From a virus (Duplodnaviria > Caudoviricetes), in IMG/VR virus record IMGVR_UViG_3300011977_000415, positions 32,001 to 96,000 of that record: a stretch of 64,000 bases of DNA, one strand, 5' to 3'. Positions 1 to 8,505 of the stretch are shown here, piece by piece. The notes below the pieces were generated by a model. It did no database searches and was not told the DNA's origin. It saw only the letters and a program-made list of their open reading frames with translations. The position numbers were made by a program, and so were the translations under genes. Positions within the stretch are counted from its first letter, which is position 1. Each line of letters begins with the position of its first letter.

Positions 1-86
1 CTGAGCACATTGCCCAAAGCTCCGAACACGAAGTAGCAAACGATGATTGCAACAATATCGTCCATAAGCATTTTCTGTTTTATGGG

Positions 87-578
87 TTATACACTATTAT
101 GAAGATTCACTATGTCCAATCCCTGCCTCTTGGCTTCTCTGACGGTGTAGAACGTGCCGCCCTTGGGATTGCCATCGAAGTAGGCTATGAGACGTGAACT
201 GCGGTTGACCATATAGTCGTTGCGCCTCAGAAGGCAGCCATTGTAGTATTGCTCGCTCAATACGACCACGTCATCCACGATGCGCAGGATGGCATCATAC
301 TTGGCTTGCTCTTCCTTGCTCCACCGGTCAGACTGACCACGGAACGGCACAACGGCTATCACCTGCAAGTCCTTCAACTCGCATTGCAACGAAAGGGCGG
401 CTTCTGCCGCCAGCAGGTCAAATCCCATTGCCATGCCACAATAGAAATACCGGTAGCCGTCGGCATACGCCTTGGCTATCTCCGATTTGAGACATTGCTT
501 CAACTCCCTCCGCTTGGCGAAAGGTACGCTGCGGTGTCCGCTGAAGCATACGGACACTGCCTTGTCGTACTTTGTCAT
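87..578 (-). CDS. SLOG-superfamily protein (DUF1273/YspA-like)
   Basis: Motifs CFSGHR, GMAMGFDLLAAE, RRNDYMVN, GGTFYTV. Confidence 0.85.
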   Translation of the reverse strand: MTKYDKAVSVCFSGHRSVPFAKRRELKQCLKSEIAKAYADGYRYFYCGMAMGFDLLAAEAALSLQCELKDLQVIAVVPFRGQSDRWSKEEQAKYDAILRIVDDVVVLSEQYYNGCLLRRNDYMVNRSSRLIAYFDGNPKGGTFYTVREAKRQGLDIVNLHNSV

Positions 579-581
579 ACT

Positions 582-1148
582 TTACCTTACTTTATAATGT
601 GTGCGTGCGAGGAACATACCGCCAATAACACATGCCCCGAGCCTTTCGAGTTGGTTGGCATACTTGGCATAGCTGAGACCCTTGGTTATCACATCGTCAA
701 AGACCAACACCATTTTGTTGTCGAAGAACGGCTCATCAAACTCAACGACATTCGCCTTGCGGACTTCATCCTCGTTCTTGCGGTTATCGTGGATGGTCTT
801 ACGCTCTCCGCATACCCTCACGTGCTCGTAGCCGTTTTCCGCTCCTGTCAATTCACACACCCTGTGGCAGAAAGCCTTGTAGCGGAGTTCGTTGCTCTCG
901 CTTGTGGATGCTGGAACGGGGGCGAAGACGATGTTCACGCAACCCTTGCCGTAGAGTGTCAGCATATTCTCTGCGGTGCGCTGCGCCACTTCCTCGTAGG
1001 CTCTTCCGTCCTTGAAGTCAAACACTAATTGTCTGTCGGCAATCTCCTTCTCACCCACATTGCGGATGCGTGCGGGATAGTATTTGCAGAACCAAGTCTG
1101 AGGCTTGTCTAACTGCTTTTGGATTTGATAGTCATTCTTGTGTGCCAT
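582..1148 (-). CDS. Phosphoribosyltransferase-fold (ComF-like) protein
   Basis: PRPP-binding motif VLVFDDVITKGLS, plus PVPAS; start taken at ATG 1148 because the longer ORF runs through the hairpin. Confidence 0.8.
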   Translation of the reverse strand: MAHKNDYQIQKQLDKPQTWFCKYYPARIRNVGEKEIADRQLVFDFKDGRAYEEVAQRTAENMLTLYGKGCVNIVFAPVPASTSESNELRYKAFCHRVCELTGAENGYEHVRVCGERKTIHDNRKNEDEVRKANVVEFDEPFFDNKMVLVFDDVITKGLSYAKYANQLERLGACVIGGMFLARTHYKVR

Positions 1149-1182
1149 TGCTCTTATGTTTTTTCTTCCCTTATTTCGGAGG

Positions 1183-1378
1183 CTTTTCCTGCCTGCCCAA
1201 GGGATATTTTTTGCTTTCCAAGAGTGATGGCGATCAAAAAGCCAAATCGGGAGCGAAAAATACGCTCTGCACGCAGAGGAAGATTTTTCGGTCAAATGCA
1301 ATGGACGATTTGGTGTTTGAACAATCGCCAGCATTACCTTTGCAAAACAATATCCGCAGCGGCAAGGCAGGCGAAAAG
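1183..1378. promoter_or_regulatory. Long imperfect hairpin 1, candidate ssDNA promoter for the PRTase-SLOG operon
   Basis: Arms cctgcctgcc/ggcaaggcagg, ggatatt/aatatcc, tggcgat/atcgcca, ccaaatcg/cgatttgg, tip ctctgc-ac-gcagag; TACCTTTG at 1335-1342 on the right arm. Confidence 0.7.
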
Positions 1379-1558
1379 AAATCTGTTATGTAAAAGAGGA
1401 AACGGGCGGGATGGCGTGGGGCGAAGCTGTATATGGGGAAGGACGATAGTTGATATGAGGGAAAAAGAGAAAATCTTGTAATAGGGAACGACATTGCCTT
1501 TTATCAGCATGGAGACAGTCCTACAAGCAGAGAAAACTATTGCCCTAAAAATGAGTTG

Positions 1559-1637
1559 GATAGTATTTTCTAAAAGTAGTATCGACTACGAATAGTATAA
1601 TAGTCGAATAGTTTTTACTACCATACTACGGATAGTA
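1559..1637. repeat. Cluster of TACTA/TAGTA repeats downstream of parA-RHH (candidate centromere)
   Basis: gatagtat, agtagtat, aatagtat, ttactacc, atactacg, gatagtaa within ~80 bp. Confidence 0.6.
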
Positions 1638-1659
1638 AAGTCTGTTTATAGAAGAGATA

Positions 1660-1692
1660 GCGGTATCATCGTCTGTTCGGCGATGATACCGC
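1660..1692 (-). terminator. Perfect 12-bp stem hairpin after the RHH gene
   Basis: GCGGTATCATCG-N9-CGATGATACCGC. Confidence 0.6.
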
Positions 1693-1699
1693 GCGGCAC

Positions 1700-1978
1700 T
1701 CATGTGTCATGCCGCTTTAGGTATTCTGTCATTGCCTCATTGACAATATCACGCAAGGACATCCCTTTCTTGATGGCGAGGTACTTCATCCTCGTGTGGA
1801 TGCTCTTGTTGATAAGGAAATTGCAATGCACCGGCACTTCGGTAGTCTCAGAAACAGACACAGGTGGTGCTGGTGTAGTTTCTGTGACTATCTGCTCCTT
1901 ACTCGGCTTCTTTGTGGAAGAAAGGAGTCCGTTGAGACCGCCTTTCATTCCCTCTTTCAACATACTGCTCTTGCTCAT
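1700..1978 (-). CDS. Ribbon-helix-helix protein, probable type Ib partition partner
   Basis: C-terminal HCNFLINKSIHTRMKYLAIKKGMSLRDIVNEAMTEYL; directly downstream of parA. Confidence 0.7.
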   Translation of the reverse strand: MSKSSMLKEGMKGGLNGLLSSTKKPSKEQIVTETTPAPPVSVSETTEVPVHCNFLINKSIHTRMKYLAIKKGMSLRDIVNEAMTEYLKRHDT

Positions 1979-1985
1979 GGCTATG

Positions 1986-2741
1986 CTATTTTAAGTTTAA
2001 CACTTCTTTTGCCAAAGACATATAATCACTGGCACCATTGGATTTGGGATTATACTCAAAGATAGTCTTGCCGTTGATGGGTGCTTCTGCCAAAGCCACA
2101 TTATCACGGATGACGGTCTTGAAAACCTTCTCGTGAAAACTGTCATTGACGATTTCCCTCACGCTTCGGTTCAACGTCTTGCGGCGATCGAACTGGGTGA
2201 TGACGATGCCGCCCACTTTAAGGTTGGAGTTGAGCCGCTCCTGAACGATGCGGATGATGTCCATCAACTTTGCCATACCTCTCATGGCAAGGTATTGCGC
2301 TTGAACAGGGATGATGATGTAGTCGGCTGCGGTGAGGGCATTCAAGGTCAGCAAGCCCAATGACGGTGGACAGTCGATGATGATGTAGTCGAAATGCTCT
2401 TTGGCGATGGCTTTGGTGATAAGTCCCTTCAAGATAAGCTCCCGTCCCGGCTCGCTGATAAGCTCTAACTCAGCCGCAGACAGGTCAAGGCATGAGGGTG
2501 AGACGGTGATGCCGTTGTGCAACTTGACCAACGGCAAGGTGTACTGTCCACACATTGCGCCATAGACTGTCTGTTCTTCCTCGATGGACAATCCCAAGGC
2601 TTCCGTGAGGTTGGCTTGTCCATCCATGTCAATAGCCAAGACGTTCTTCTTACTCAGTTGCAGAGCTGCCGCAAGGCTTACTGCGGTCGTACTTTTCCCT
2701 ACACCACCCTTGTGATTTAATACTGCAATTATCTGTGTCAT
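1986..2741 (-). CDS. parA: ParA/Soj family ATPase
   Basis: Deviant Walker A KGGVGKST, IDMDGQAN, IIDCPPSLG. Confidence 0.95.
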   Translation of the reverse strand: MTQIIAVLNHKGGVGKSTTAVSLAAALQLSKKNVLAIDMDGQANLTEALGLSIEEEQTVYGAMCGQYTLPLVKLHNGITVSPSCLDLSAAELELISEPGRELILKGLITKAIAKEHFDYIIIDCPPSLGLLTLNALTAADYIIIPVQAQYLAMRGMAKLMDIIRIVQERLNSNLKVGGIVITQFDRRKTLNRSVREIVNDSFHEKVFKTVIRDNVALAEAPINGKTIFEYNPKSNGASDYMSLAKEVLNLK

Positions 2742-2747
2742 AACATG

Positions 2748-2858
2748 ATACTACTATTAGTGAATACTACTTTACTATTCTACTACTGATAGTACATACT
2801 AACCATAGTAAAAGCGGATTTACTACGATTAGTACGTACTACTCTCAGTTGATACTAC
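2748..2858. repeat. Dense TACTA(C) repeats upstream of parA (candidate centromere/operator)
   Basis: atactactat, atactact, ttactatt, ctactact, atagtaca, atactaac, atagtaaa, ttactacg, gtactact, atactacc. Confidence 0.65.
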
Positions 2859-2860
2859 CC

Positions 2861-3286
2861 TCAGAAGGGAAGGTCTTCGCTCTTGTCCTGCGGTGCATCG
2901 GCTGGCGGTACGGGAGCCTCGCCCTCTGCCTTGGCTGCCTTGCGTGCCTTTGTTGCAGGTGTGTCGGTTGCATCCTTCTTCCCTGCATTGACAAAGGCGA
3001 TGGAGTCAGCTATGATGCTATGCTGTATGTGGTTCTCTCCGTTGCGGTCTGTCCAAATGGAAGAAGTCAGTGTGCCTTCCACAAGCACCATACGACCCTT
3101 GGTGAGGTATTCAGCCAAACGGATATGGTTCTCCTTGCTGCTCTTCACCCTTACCCAAGTGGTGATTTGCTTGCCCTTACTGTAGTCGTCCACTGCGATG
3201 TCAACAGCCATGAATGTTCCGTGTGTACCTGTGATGACGCGGCAATCCTTTGCTCCGATGCGTCCGATAGTGTGAGTGTAAATCAT
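2861..3286 (-). CDS. ssb: Single-stranded DNA-binding protein
   Basis: IGRIGAKD, LTKGRMVLVEG, acidic C-terminus ending EDLPF. Confidence 0.9.
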   Translation of the reverse strand: MIYTHTIGRIGAKDCRVITGTHGTFMAVDIAVDDYSKGKQITTWVRVKSSKENHIRLAEYLTKGRMVLVEGTLTSSIWTDRNGENHIQHSIIADSIAFVNAGKKDATDTPATKARKAAKAEGEAPVPPADAPQDKSEDLPF

Positions 3287-3303
3287 AATGTGAAAATGTT
3301 ATA

Positions 3304-3340
3304 GTGGCAAGTTGGTTAGACTTGCCGTTACCTTGTTATT
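3304..3340. repeat. 37-bp direct repeat, copy 1 (internal GGCAAG/CTTGCC hairpin)
   Basis: gtggcaagttggttagacttgccgttaccttgttatt; one mismatch to 3709-3745. Confidence 0.9.
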
Positions 3341-3696
3341 TAAATGACTTTTCTTGTTGATTGAACATAAGCTATTGCTTCATTCATAATTTCTGCTCGT
3401 GACCTACTCTTGTTATCTTGCATCCACTCATCAATTTCAGATTTGAGGAACATGATACGTTTCCCCTTCTTATGGAATGGTATTTGTTTATTGCTTGTCC
3501 AACAATAGATTGTGTGTTCAACTGGATGGGTAGGGAGATACTCACTCAATTCGGAAACACTAAGCCATTCCAATCCCTTATCGGGCTGAATTTGAGTCAT
3601 TAGTGTGGAAAACTTTTCTTCTAAAATCTCCAGCTTGTTTATTACTAATGACAATGCTGATGGCAAGTCATTAAAACTCAATATTTGCTTTTCCAT
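3340..3696 (-). CDS. Excisionase-like helix-turn-helix (HTH_17) DNA-binding protein
   Basis: WLSVSELSEYL..TIYCWTS.KQIPFHKKGKRIMFLKSEIDEW. Confidence 0.85.
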   Translation of the reverse strand: MEKQILSFNDLPSALSLVINKLEILEEKFSTLMTQIQPDKGLEWLSVSELSEYLPTHPVEHTIYCWTSNKQIPFHKKGKRIMFLKSEIDEWMQDNKSRSRAEIMNEAIAYVQSTRKVI

Positions 3697-3708
3697 ATCA
3701 ATATATGT

Positions 3709-3745
3709 GTGGCAAGTTGGTTAGGCTTGCCGTTACCTTGTTATT
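3709..3745. repeat. 37-bp direct repeat, copy 2
   Basis: gtggcaagttggttaggcttgccgttaccttgttatt. Confidence 0.9.
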
Positions 3746-3974
3746 AATATCCTTTCTTCGTCTGCCTTGTATTGGCGACAAAAGACTTGTTGCTGCCTGT
3801 GAGACTGATAGAGCCGCAATTAACAAACTCTCCGTCGGAATAGACTCTGTACTTCTGTCCGCTTACCTCATGCTTCTGTTTGATGCGCTCTCGCATCCAC
3901 TTCTTGGCTGCGGTCAATGAGCAAAAGGTCTCGCTCTCCTTGGTCGTCTCGTCATATACGATGCACTGGGTCAT
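3744..3974 (-). CDS. Hypothetical protein
   Basis: ORF in operon context; alternative start at 3995. Confidence 0.6.
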   Translation of the reverse strand: MTQCIVYDETTKESETFCSLTAAKKWMRERIKQKHEVSGQKYRVYSDGEFVNCGSISLTGSNKSFVANTRQTKKGY

Positions 3975-3982
3975 ACATGCTC

Positions 3983-4537
3983 CTACTTCATCCATGCACC
4001 TATACTCGACGTGACATAGTCCAACTGACCGCCAAATATGTCGCTTGGCTCTATGTCGTATTGTCCATCCCTCACTTCCTTGTCCTCTCCAAGAAGCGAC
4101 AAGTTTCCGTCGGCATCCAAACGTGCTGCGTCTATGACGATGTCACGAGGCTCGTCAAAGAGATAACCTGCCACGATGGGCTGCTCTCCCTCGAAATGCA
4201 CCTCAAAGCCTCCGTCCACCTCCGTGCCGTACTTGCGAAGAGCCGCTTTCAGCTCGTCCTGCTCCCGGTGCTGCAATGCCTGGAGTTGTCCGTGGATAGT
4301 GAGGTCTTGCAGTTCTGCCTCTCGTTTGGTGTGGGTTGCCTCGCCGGTCTTGCAGTCGATGTCATACTTGTGGTAAACCACTGGGATATGGTCTGCCGAT
4401 GTGACAAGCCATGTGATGTTGTTCACTGAGAAGCCCTGTCTGGTGAGGAACTCCTCGATGTCTGAGCCGAGAAGGTGGTCGGCTACGTCAAGATACTCGA
4501 TGCGTGCGTCAGCATCATGCAGGATGATAATCTTCAT
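3983..4537 (-). CDS. Acidic hypothetical protein
   Basis: D/E-rich ORF starting MKIIILHD; first gene after hairpin 2. Confidence 0.7.
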   Translation of the reverse strand: MKIIILHDADARIEYLDVADHLLGSDIEEFLTRQGFSVNNITWLVTSADHIPVVYHKYDIDCKTGEATHTKREAELQDLTIHGQLQALQHREQDELKAALRKYGTEVDGGFEVHFEGEQPIVAGYLFDEPRDIVIDAARLDADGNLSLLGEDKEVRDGQYDIEPSDIFGGQLDYVTSSIGAWMK

Positions 4538-4688
4538 TGCCTTTCTATTTTTAGTGATACAAATAAGTTTGTCGCCCATGTCGCTGGACTTGTTTAACTA
4601 CGTTGAAGAAACTTACGCTCAGCATAGTGAATAAATTCCCTCTGCGTTCGCTTAACCGTTTCTTTCTCTTCCCTCCTTTCGAGACCTT

Positions 4689-4876
4689 TCAGCCTGTGGA
4701 GGGATATTTTCTGCTCCCACAAGCCGCAAGAAAAGACATAAAGACAAATTATGTGTGAAGAATACTCTTTTCCGAGGAAAAGGAAGATTGTTCACAGTCA
4801 CAAGACCTCAAGCAGAATTTGACGATTGTCTCAGACGCGGCTAACTTTGCAGGAAATATGCCTACCACTGCGCTGA
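4689..4876. promoter_or_regulatory. Long imperfect hairpin 2, candidate ssDNA promoter
   Basis: Arms atattttctgc/gcaggaaatat, agccgc/gcggct, caaatt/aatttg, tgtgaa/ttcaca, tip cttttcc-ga-ggaaaag; TTTG(4818)-N20-TAACTTTG(4842-4849) on the right arm. Confidence 0.75.
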
Positions 4877-5657
4877 TTGGAAGAAGATTATTGATATTGG
4901 CTGCAAGAGGAATGATGTGTTATATATAAAGAGGTAAGAAGAAAGATTGAAACAGTAAGGGTGGGCAGTGAAGTGTTTGCAGGTCTGCTGTACCGACATA
5001 AAGCGAGTGTGTTGGCTGACCGGGATGCAAGTCATCAAAGCTTCAGCCTTGATAGCTTGTAGCACGGACAGACAATTCTCTCGCGTCGGTACTTCGGCAT
5101 ACTGTCAGCTTTGGCTAATAGCAACGTGTTGCCATCAGCCAAGGATGTCTGTATGACGACAGACCATGTAACGCTTCGCAAAGGCGTGGGGCAAAGCAGT
5201 ATAATTTAGAAGTAGATAGTAACGTATATCAGGCAAGAAGAGACAGTTGCGCAACGGACAAATCGGGCACTCCTGTCAGCATGACAAATGTGCCTTGTCC
5301 TTGCCGCAGGACACTGAGGCAGATTGGACGTAGCAGACATGTCTGCCACATTCAATATGCCTGAGTGGACAAGAACTGCCTCTTGTATAGCAGAAGAGAA
5401 ATTGTAAAACAGTTGATTAGTGGTAAAGGTGGTATGGGTGGGCAGAATGGCATTACACGGACATTGCCGAAGCCCGATAATGGGACAGCCAGACAGCAAT
5501 AAAGGCAGTTATCAGAAGTGTCAGTTTCTGATAGTGACATTGTTGGCTGCCTGTCACATGGGATTCGTGCGGTGTCCGTACAGTAATGCCGTTCTGAAGG
5601 TGTGGGGCGAAGCGATACAACGCACTTGGACGAAACCACCGCTTATAACAGAAAATA

Positions 5658-5671
5658 TTTTGCAGTCAAAG
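5658..5671 (+). repeat. TTTTGCAGTCAAAG motif, copy 1 (others at 7247, 8398; inverted at 8603)
   Basis: Exact 14-mer seen four times in intergenic DNA. Confidence 0.8.
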
Positions 5672-6043
5672 AGAAGAAGAATAGTAAAGCAGGTGTGGGT
5701 GGGTAGTGAAGCTGTCGCAAGATTGACGGTCTGAATATCAAGGCGAGTGGATAGCCAGTAAAGGACACAATTATCAGAAGCCTCGGCTTCGGCATCTTGT
5801 GGCATAGATGGCAGTCCTCTCGCGTTCAGACCTTGGCATACTGTCTTTCTTGGCTAATAGCGACTTTGTCGCCATCAGCCGGGAATATCTGTATGCCAAC
5901 CATCTTGGTGACGTTTCGCAAATGGTGAGGGACGAAGTGGTTAGAATAAAGGAAGACGGCGTTGCCGTTATGGTTAATAAATGCACATGGTTGTTATTAG
6001 AGAAGATTATCACACGCTATAACAGCAGATTGATGTCCCTGAG

Positions 6044-6069
6044 CAAAACAAAAGCGACCCGAAGGTCGC
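6044..6069 (-). terminator. Rho-independent terminator of the second ssb
   Basis: GCGACC-CGAA-GGTCGC followed by a T-run on the minus strand. Confidence 0.75.
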
Positions 6070-6089
6070 CTTGTTATGGAGAGGAAAGG

Positions 6090-6476
6090 CTATTTCTTGC
6101 CTTTCTTGGTTGCTGGCTTGGCCGGCTCTTCCGCAGGAGTCTCCTCCTTGTCGGGACACTCGTAGAACTTGGTTGCAACCATGATGATTCTGGAGTGCTT
6201 CACGCCATCCTTGTCTGTCCACTCCTCTGGCTTGAAGAAACCCTCGACGGTGAGCAACGTGCCCTTGGTGAGCTTGTCGAATGATTCGGTGTGCTCGTTC
6301 TTGCGCCATGCCTCCATATTCATGAAAGCCGATACGCGGTTGGTTTCCTCGCCGTTCTTCTCCTGACGGCCTACTGCCAATGAGAAGCGTGCTACGCTGG
6401 CGTTTGCGAACTGACGGATTTCTGCATCCTTACCTACGAAACCTGAAACTGTGAAGTTGTTCTCGATCTTTTTCAT
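6090..6476 (-). CDS. ssb: Single-stranded DNA-binding protein (second copy, basic tail)
   Basis: GFVGKDAEIR, SVARFSLAV, LTKGTLLTVEG; ends KKGKK instead of DxPF. Confidence 0.85.
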   Translation of the reverse strand: MKKIENNFTVSGFVGKDAEIRQFANASVARFSLAVGRQEKNGEETNRVSAFMNMEAWRKNEHTESFDKLTKGTLLTVEGFFKPEEWTDKDGVKHSRIIMVATKFYECPDKEETPAEEPAKPATKKGKK

Positions 6477-6480
6477 TTTG

Positions 6481-6726
6481 AATTGAATTTAAAAGTGAAA
6501 CTTAATTTTTACATGCATTCAAAAGCAGGGATGTGGCACCATGTGGGAAGCACCATGAAAATCGTTCGCAATACTCTTTTTGTCGTTGGCGGTAAGGGAG
6601 AAAAAGGAAGATTACGCACTATTTTATTGGTCACAGCGATAGCGGCCACACAAGAAGGAGGAAGTCCTTCGCAGCATCACGCTACCTTTGCATGGTAAAA
6701 ATAAGTGGCTTTCAAATAGCTCAATT
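6481..6726. promoter_or_regulatory. Long imperfect hairpin 3, candidate ssDNA promoter
   Basis: Arms acttaatttttacatgca/tgcatggtaaaaataagt, tgtggc/gccaca, cttttt/aaaaag; TACCTTTG at 6683-6690. Confidence 0.7.
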
Positions 6727-7305
6727 CAGAAAAAGACGGGGCCAAACAATGGAACAAAGGTTGTAAGCAAGGAGGCAATCCGTATGCAACAGACAGGGGC
6801 ACTGCTATGGCTGTATGCCTGGAGAAACGAAGCGGGAAATCCGACCTTACAGCTGTATCATCAGAAGAGTGAGGAGCATGAACACTGATGCACGATGAAC
6901 GACAAGCCTAAGGGTCAGCTTAGCAATAGAGGCATCAAGCCAAAAGAGGACAGACATCAGAGGATTGGCGATAGCACTGTCATCATGCTAAGACCAAGTT
7001 CTGTGTCCGACAAGGAAGAGTCGCAAAAGACAGACGAGTAAAACCAAAAGGCGAAATGACCATTCCTATAACAAGGTACAGAGACGCTTAAAACGGCGAA
7101 GGGACTTTGGCGACGTATCGCTATACAGGTGTCGAAGCATCGCTTCTATAACAGGACTGGAGCAAGTGAGCAAACCGCACAACTTGCTCCCAAGGTATTT
7201 CAGTTACAACAGCCATAACCTCATTGGAGGATTGTCCTAAAAGAGTTTTTGCAGTCAAAGGAAGAAAGAGTCTGCAAGCCACATAGCCAACAGACTCTCT
7301 CCTGA

Positions 7306-7488
7306 TTATTCACAGATGACAACATCATCCTTGTACTCCGTCACTTCCTTGCCGTTGATGAGCTGGACAATGACCTCACAACCCAAGTCCTCGACAATCG
7401 TTCCCTCTGTCTGACCTCTTCGGGGATAAAGCAAGGTGCAGAAACACCCTACAACGCCGTCCAACTGCTCCATGTCTATCGTTGCCAT
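7306..7488 (-). CDS. Small acidic hypothetical protein
   Basis: 60-aa ORF directly after 7504-8088, followed by hairpin agagtctg/cagactct. Confidence 0.6.
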   Translation of the reverse strand: MATIDMEQLDGVVGCFCTLLYPRRGQTEGTIVEDLGCEVIVQLINGKEVTEYKDDVVICE

Positions 7489-7503
7489 ATCCGTTCCTCC
7501 TTG

Positions 7504-8088
7504 TTAGCCGAATGTGATTGGATTGATGCAGAAATTCGTGTCCTCTGCCTCATACTCGTATTCATTGATGAAGTCAATCATCTTCTGTTCGCTTCTTCCG
7601 TCCTGTGAGACACCAGTCTTCTCACACCACAACTTGATAGCATCACCAAAGGTGGAGTAAGCACCCTCACAATCCTCAAAGAGTTCTCCGTATGCAGTGA
7701 CGTAGCACTCTTCGGGGAAGAAGTCGTTCTCATCGTGCGTATAGAAGATGTCGCAACCTGGCTCAACCTCTCGCCAACTGATTGAAAGTTCATCGCCAAG
7801 TGCCTTGTTCACCTCCTCAAAGAACAAGTCGCATGAAGACCAAGCACTTTCGGTGTCAAAGGACAAGAGGGCATAATCGTCTTCCACGTTCTCCTCATAC
7901 TCTGCCCAATAGATGTGTCCTCTCACCGAGATGCCTTTCTTCTCGTAGTCAATGCCATAGTGTTCTGCCAAGAGATACAGATACACATTATTACTGTTCA
8001 CCTCCAACTCTTGGAGTGTGTTCCAAAGGTCTGCCACGGCTTTGCGTGAGCCTGTCACCTTGTACTGAGTGTCGCAAATGTTAGCCAT
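7504..8088 (-). CDS. Acidic protein, possibly YubB/DUF1281 ferredoxin-like
   Basis: MANIC start, FDTESAW and EPG motifs resemble DUF1281 proteins; very D/E-rich. Confidence 0.5.
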   Translation of the reverse strand: MANICDTQYKVTGSRKAVADLWNTLQELEVNSNNVYLYLLAEHYGIDYEKKGISVRGHIYWAEYEENVEDDYALLSFDTESAWSSCDLFFEEVNKALGDELSISWREVEPGCDIFYTHDENDFFPEECYVTAYGELFEDCEGAYSTFGDAIKLWCEKTGVSQDGRSEQKMIDFINEYEYEAEDTNFCINPITFG

Positions 8089-8122
8089 AAGATAAAATTT
8101 TTATTTTCTTCCCTTATGTAGA

Positions 8123-8330
8123 ACCAACTACCATCGGGATTGATTAAAGAATTATGTTGCCCCAAAAGGTGTTATGGCTCATCAATGCAAGGTTTTGCCG
8201 TCAAATACTACCTCTGCCACAATCAGAGCGTGGAGATTTCACGGACAAACCACAGGCACCGACCTTGCAGGATGAACGCCATGACAGGTACCTTTGCAAC
8301 ACAATTCTTATCAAAGCCCGATGGGGTGGT
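8123..8330. promoter_or_regulatory. Long imperfect hairpin 4, candidate ssDNA promoter
   Basis: Arms ccatcggg/cccgatgg, agaattatgttgc/gcaacacaattct, tgcaagg/ccttgca; CTTG-N21-TACCTTTG (8289-8296). Confidence 0.72.
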
Positions 8331-8458
8331 ACATGGCAGACTGCATGGTACAGCAGTGTGAAGTGACGTTATAGGTGGAGATAAGGCTATAAGAGGTTTT
8401 TGCAGTCAAAGGAGAAAAGAGTCCACAAAGTGCAGTATCTACAGGACAAAAACACTTT

Positions 8459-8505
8459 AGTTTACCTTGGTTAGCTCTTATATATATGCTAACCTAAAGT
8501 AAACT
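8459..8505. repeat. Inverted repeat with (TA)n loop
   Basis: agtttaccttggttagc...gctaacctaaagtaaact. Confidence 0.6.

Noticed and set aside
249-1481. Plus-strand ORFs 249-1028, 1070-1393, 1119-1481 and the PRTase extension to 1334
   Set aside because: Antisense shadows, or frames running through hairpin 1; no recognisable motifs
4862-6309. Short ORFs on both strands in the spacer
   Set aside because: Overlapping, Cys/Arg-rich, no motifs; region treated as non-coding
1183-8330. Hairpins as retron msr-msd, riboswitches or terminators
   Set aside because: No reverse transcriptase nearby; too long and lacking U-tails for terminators; consistent -7 box placement fits promoters better
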